Below are positions 60,093-64,000 of a stretch of 64,000 bases of DNA, piece after piece. Source of the DNA: Anaerolineae bacterium (GTDB taxonomy: Bacteria; Chloroflexota; Anaerolineae; Epilineales; Epilineaceae); NCBI GenBank assembly GCA_038913135.1, contig JBCLES010000011.1, positions 3,673-67,672 on the forward strand. Reading direction: 5' to 3'. The notes below the pieces were generated by a model. That model searched no databases and was not told the DNA's origin. It saw only the letters and a program-made list of their open reading frames with translations. The stretch's first letter is position 1, and each line of letters starts with the position of its first letter. The position numbers and the translations under genes are program-made.

Positions 60093-63000
60093 GAGGTGTG
60101 GGACGCGCAAACCAGCCGAAACCCGTCGTACGTGAACCGTACGGCAGGTAAACCCCCGCTGCGGACCGCCGCGCGGGCGCCGAGCCCTGAAGAGATCCAA
60201 GACCCGCCCCGCAACACCCGCAGGCAGCCGGCGTCAGCGCCGACCTCCTCGCGCCCGTCGGCGGAATCGTACGGGTAAGCGAAGTCGGGTGCCTGGGAAT
60301 CTCGCCCCCAAAGGCTTAGCGTCCACTCCCAGACGTTGCCTGTCATGTCGACCAGGCCCTCGGGCGTCCGGCCGGCAGGAAAGACGTCGATCGGCGTGGT
60401 GCCTCGAATGTGCGTCTTATACGTGTTGCAGGCAGCCGCATCAAAGTCCTTCCCGTATGCGAAGTCTCGACCCTTCAGACCGCGACAAGCGGCTTCCCAC
60501 TCGACTTCGGTCGGCAGACGATAGTTCCGGCCGATCTTGGCCGAAAGCCAGGCGCAGTACGCTCGCGCTTCGTACCACGACACGCCGACCACGGGTTGGG
60601 CCGGACTGTTGTAGCGCGGATTGGTCCACAAATGCGGTATGGAGTATTGCTCGGATGGATACCAGTCATCGAGCTGGGCTTCGAGAGCTTCCTCGTCGAG
60701 GCGGCGGAACCAATCGACCCAATCATAATGTGTCTCCGGCAGCCCGGCATTGGCCTCGCGCCACCTCCCGAATCCGTCATCATCCTTCGGGTAACGCGCC
60801 CAATCGTCTCGCTGCCACTGCTTAGCCGGCTCCACGATGGTCGGGTCGCCGAGCCGCCAGGCCTTCGCATCGTCCGTTTCCCACCAGCCCTCATCGTCGT
60901 AGCCGCCGTCTTCCACAAAGCAGCGATACTCGGCGTTCGTGATGGGGAAGCGGCCGATTTCGAAGGGGGCGATGCCCACCGTTCCGACCGGGCGCTTGTC
61001 CGCCCAACCATCTTCGGTACCGATCGGGTACCGTCCGCTAGGGATCGGGACCATCGGCGTGACAAGGTGGCTGAGTCGGCCGTCCGCGGCGCGCACGGTC
61101 TCAAAGCGGTCGTCACCGAGCTCGCCCAGGGCGTTGGCGGCGTCGATGCGGGCCCGTAGATCCGCGTGTTCGTCGTCGCAGCGTTCTCTGAGCAGGCGTC
61201 GGAGTTCGGACGCCGTCGCCTCTGGAACTTCAGCGCCAGGCTCAACGGTACAGCGCGCGGCAAGCGGCAGGTTGGTTTCGGCAAGCGCCATGACGAAGGC
61301 GTCTGCATTGCTCGTCATGGCCGCGGCGAGGCGCATCGTGACTTCCCAGCCGGTCTGTTCGAGGCCTGGCAGCGGGTCTCCGTGCGCCAGACCCGCCATC
61401 GTGTGCGCCAGCGTCTCCGCGACCTTGTCCTTGTGCCATTCGCTGCACGCCAGCTGCGGCTCGGGCTCCGCGGCCAAGACGCGCCCGGCGAAGAACTCCT
61501 GCATAAGTTGATGGTAGAAGCGCAGCTGCTCTTGCCCGCTCGTGGAGTCGAAGGATAAGTCGAGCACGCCGATCGAGTACCCCGCCCGCAGGATTTGCTC
61601 GCGCTGCGCGTCGTCGAAGCCTTCACCCAACAGAGCCGGCGCAGCGTCATAATCGACGACAATCTGCTGGCCGGCGCCGATGGTCGTCTGCATTCCATGG
61701 GCCAATCGCGCCAGCGCACCGACCAAAGGCCCGCGAGTCGGAAGTGTGTGGCCCCGCATCTGCGCCAAGCGTGCTCGGTCCAATGGGTGGAGGAGGTCAT
61801 TGGAGAAGAGTTACTGGTTGTCCCTCATGATCTCGCGCAGCATCGATTGCCGCACGAAGCCTGCGAACAACGCCGCGCGCCCCACTGGAACTTCGCCATC
61901 GTCGCCGACCTGGTCGACCAAAAGCCTGAGGTAGTACGGCGTCCGATAGATGTCGATCTGCCCACTTTCGCGAATAGCATTCCAGAGCTTGGAAGCCAAC
62001 TCAGGTCGGTAAACGTCGAGGAAGTTCCGGATCTGTTCGTCGACCAGGCGCTTGACCAGTACGTGCGGTACGCGCAGCGCATCCGATGACAGGAACGTAC
62101 TGTAATCGAGGCTCCGGCAAGAGATGATGACGCGGATAAGTGGGTGATCGCGATACAGTGTATGCAGGTCGTCGCGCCAGGCCTTGACGCGATCCTCGTA
62201 GCTCGGCCGCGCGCCACCGTAGGGTATCTCGTTGAGCGCATCGAGCAGCAGGATCATGGGTTGGTCGTCCAACAGCGTCTCGAGCGGCGGCATCTTTGTA
62301 TGAGCAGCCTTCCAACTTTGGGCCAGCCAGTCCTTTGGCTTGACTGCCGCATCCCGATGCTCCGCCAGTGACAGATAGAACGGCAGAAGAGCGGCCGCGC
62401 CGCCTTCTACAGGGCCTGCCGCCGCGGCGTCCGGATCGGCGTCAGCCCAGCCTAGAGCAAGACACGCCAGTTCGATCTCGATGCGGCGCAAGAGCGTTGT
62501 CTTGCCGGCGCCGGGTTCGCCCAGGAGCACGAAGACGGGATTTTGCGCTCCCGCCGCGCGTACGACTTGGCGCAGATCGTTATAGTCGCGCTCCTGTTCG
62601 CTCCAGCGCATCTGGGCGCTCTCGCCCTTGTCGACAAACAGTCCCAGGCGCGTGAAGCGGCGCAAGTCCTCGCCACGACCGAGGAGATGCGGCTCCCGCC
62701 AGTTAGCGATCCGCCGCAGTCGATACTGTTCCGCGGTGCCTGGGTCGCTCGTGCGGAGGGCTTGCGATTCGTCATCGGACAGCTCGATCATCGGACCATC
62801 CGATCGTACGCGGATCAGGAGCGCTTCTAGTTCGTCGGGGCCGAGGAGCGCGTCGATTGTGCCGCGCGGTGGGCGCTTGCGTATCGCAGACAGATCGGCG
62901 TGGTATGCCGTGACCGCCGGGTCGTTCAGCACGTGCGTGACCAGATCGTTCATCCGGCCGCCGCGGCTCAAGAGGTTGATCATGTGCCGCCAGACCTCGC

Positions 63001-63232
63001 GCGCGGCGCCATCCCAATTGATCTCATATTCGCGAACGCCGATCTCGCTGGTGATCGCTTGGATCTCACGAACGTTGGGATAGGCACTGGCCAGCAGCCC
63101 ATGCAGCTCCAAGGCTGCCGGATTCGCCCAATCGAGCGGCGCCTCATCGAGGAAAGTTGAAGCGCCGGCCGGTGTCGGACGTACGCCAGTGCCTTTGCCG
63201 CTGCTGTATCGAGTGTCGCTGCGATCCGCCAT
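60068..63232 (-). pseudogene. DGR target 2: EAD-like + NACHT NTPase + FGE/C-type-lectin fold, split by one in-frame TAA
   Basis: ORFs 61811-63232 and 60068-61783 share a frame (..RDNQ*LFSND..); GEPGAGKTT, LLLDALNE, ISCR, FYHQLMQEFFA, GNVWEW, RVLRGGSW. Confidence 0.88.
60093..60225 (-). repeat. DGR variable region VR2
   Basis: 110/126 identical to VR1 over the core; encodes RVLRGGSWISSGLGARAAVRSGGLPAVRFTYDGFRLV. Confidence 0.88.
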
Positions 63233-63346
63233 CGGGCACCTCGTCGATCCAAGAAAGCGGTGCCCATCTTGGCACGGGTAGGTAGCCGACGCAATGTCTC
63301 GTCAGGGTTCGGAAATCGCGCCGGTCGACTTCAGTGTTGCGGAGTC

Positions 63347-63530
63347 CTAAGCCTGCACGACAGTCACTTCCCGCCCCGCCGGCGTTGTCGTATCACCCGC
63401 GCCCGTGCGCGCCTCGATCGGCGGCTGGCCGCTGCGGCGATCGAAGATCACAAGCCAGCCGGTCGGCTAGCCCAGCCGGCCCAGGTAGGCGTCCAGCTGC
63501 TCGAGCCCTTCGCCAAGGGGTCCGGCCGGC
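63347..63530 (-). pseudogene. C-terminal remnant of an AAA-ATPase/PD-(D/E)XK-type protein
   Basis: EGLEQLDAYLGRLG*PTGWLVIFDRRSG...TPAGREVTVVQA*. Confidence 0.6.
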
Positions 63531-63755
63531 CAGCGGCGCTGGCGGCTGCGTCGTGAACGCGGTGGCGGGGGCGCCGAGGCACGTGACGGAGCGGAGACGG
63601 GGCTGATGCGCGGGTGCAGGCGGCCGCGAGGCGGCGCGTTGGGGGGCGAACGGGGTGTGCGGGAGGCTGGCGCGAGGCGCGGTGGAGCGGCGTGGGGCCG
63701 CCGGAGGTGGTTGAAGGGCGGGCGGCGGGGTGCGATTGAAATTACTATTCCACTG

Positions 63756-64000
63756 TTTTCCGAAAGTCGAGTTCACCTGCCGTCAATCGCTCGGTCGGTG
63801 TGCACTTCGCCCCCAAGCCCGGCAGCGACGGCGCCCTCCGTTGGACAGGTTGTTACCGGACGAGCCCTAAGCACGTCGAGTCTCGGTTGATCAGGGGCGG
63901 GCATGATCCCGACGCGTGTTACGACGAATCCGGCGAAACGACCCGACGGATCGTATTGGAGGGTTCGATTCGACTAGCCTCACGAATGGTAGCCCCGTCG
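63756..64000. repeat. Right direct repeat of the DGR block (may extend past the window)
   Basis: Diverged copy of 52127-52454 with an 83-bp deletion between two CCGGCA hexamers. Confidence 0.9.

Noticed and set aside
60093-60225. VR2 as the true template repeat for VR1 (or the reverse)
   Set aside because: Twelve of 16 differences are at non-A bases of VR2 and six at non-A bases of VR1; neither copy has the AAC-rich codons expected of a TR.
1-64000. CRISPR array, tRNA or rRNA genes
   Set aside because: No regularly spaced repeat-spacer series or recognisable structural RNA gene seen by eye; short RNAs could have been missed.

Overview
This is a GC-rich bacterial chromosomal window; gene content suggests Chloroflexota, which is inference. 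The left two-thirds is mostly core and metabolic: ileS (type 2), UDG, pyk, a candidate oriC next to dnaA with no adjacent dnaN, a GldAFG-like ABC exporter, an osmoprotectant ABC transporter, a Wbp-like diacetamido-sugar cluster, and a multiheme cytochrome/CRTAC1 pair. It also holds a clade II (Sec/lipoprotein) nosZ cluster flanked by a DosS-like kinase and a NarL-type regulator. A decayed ECF/anti-sigma/CHAT/S8 module and ggt follow. The main signal is an ~11.3 kb block (about 52.5-63.75 kb) bounded by direct repeats that holds a diversity-generating retroelement (DGR). The DGR has an RT, an Avd and two convergent NLR-like target genes (EAD-like + trypsin + P-loop NTPase + FGE/C-type-lectin fold; EAD-like + NACHT + FGE). 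Their C-terminal variable regions are identical except at 16 sites, 14 of which carry an A in one copy. The DGR is oddly built: no A-rich template repeat is visible in the window, VR2 runs straight into a TR-spacer-like structured region, and avd sits antisense inside the probable 5' end of the RT gene between two GTGAG copies. Many genes show internal deletions or frameshifts, so real decay must be separated from assembly error by read mapping.
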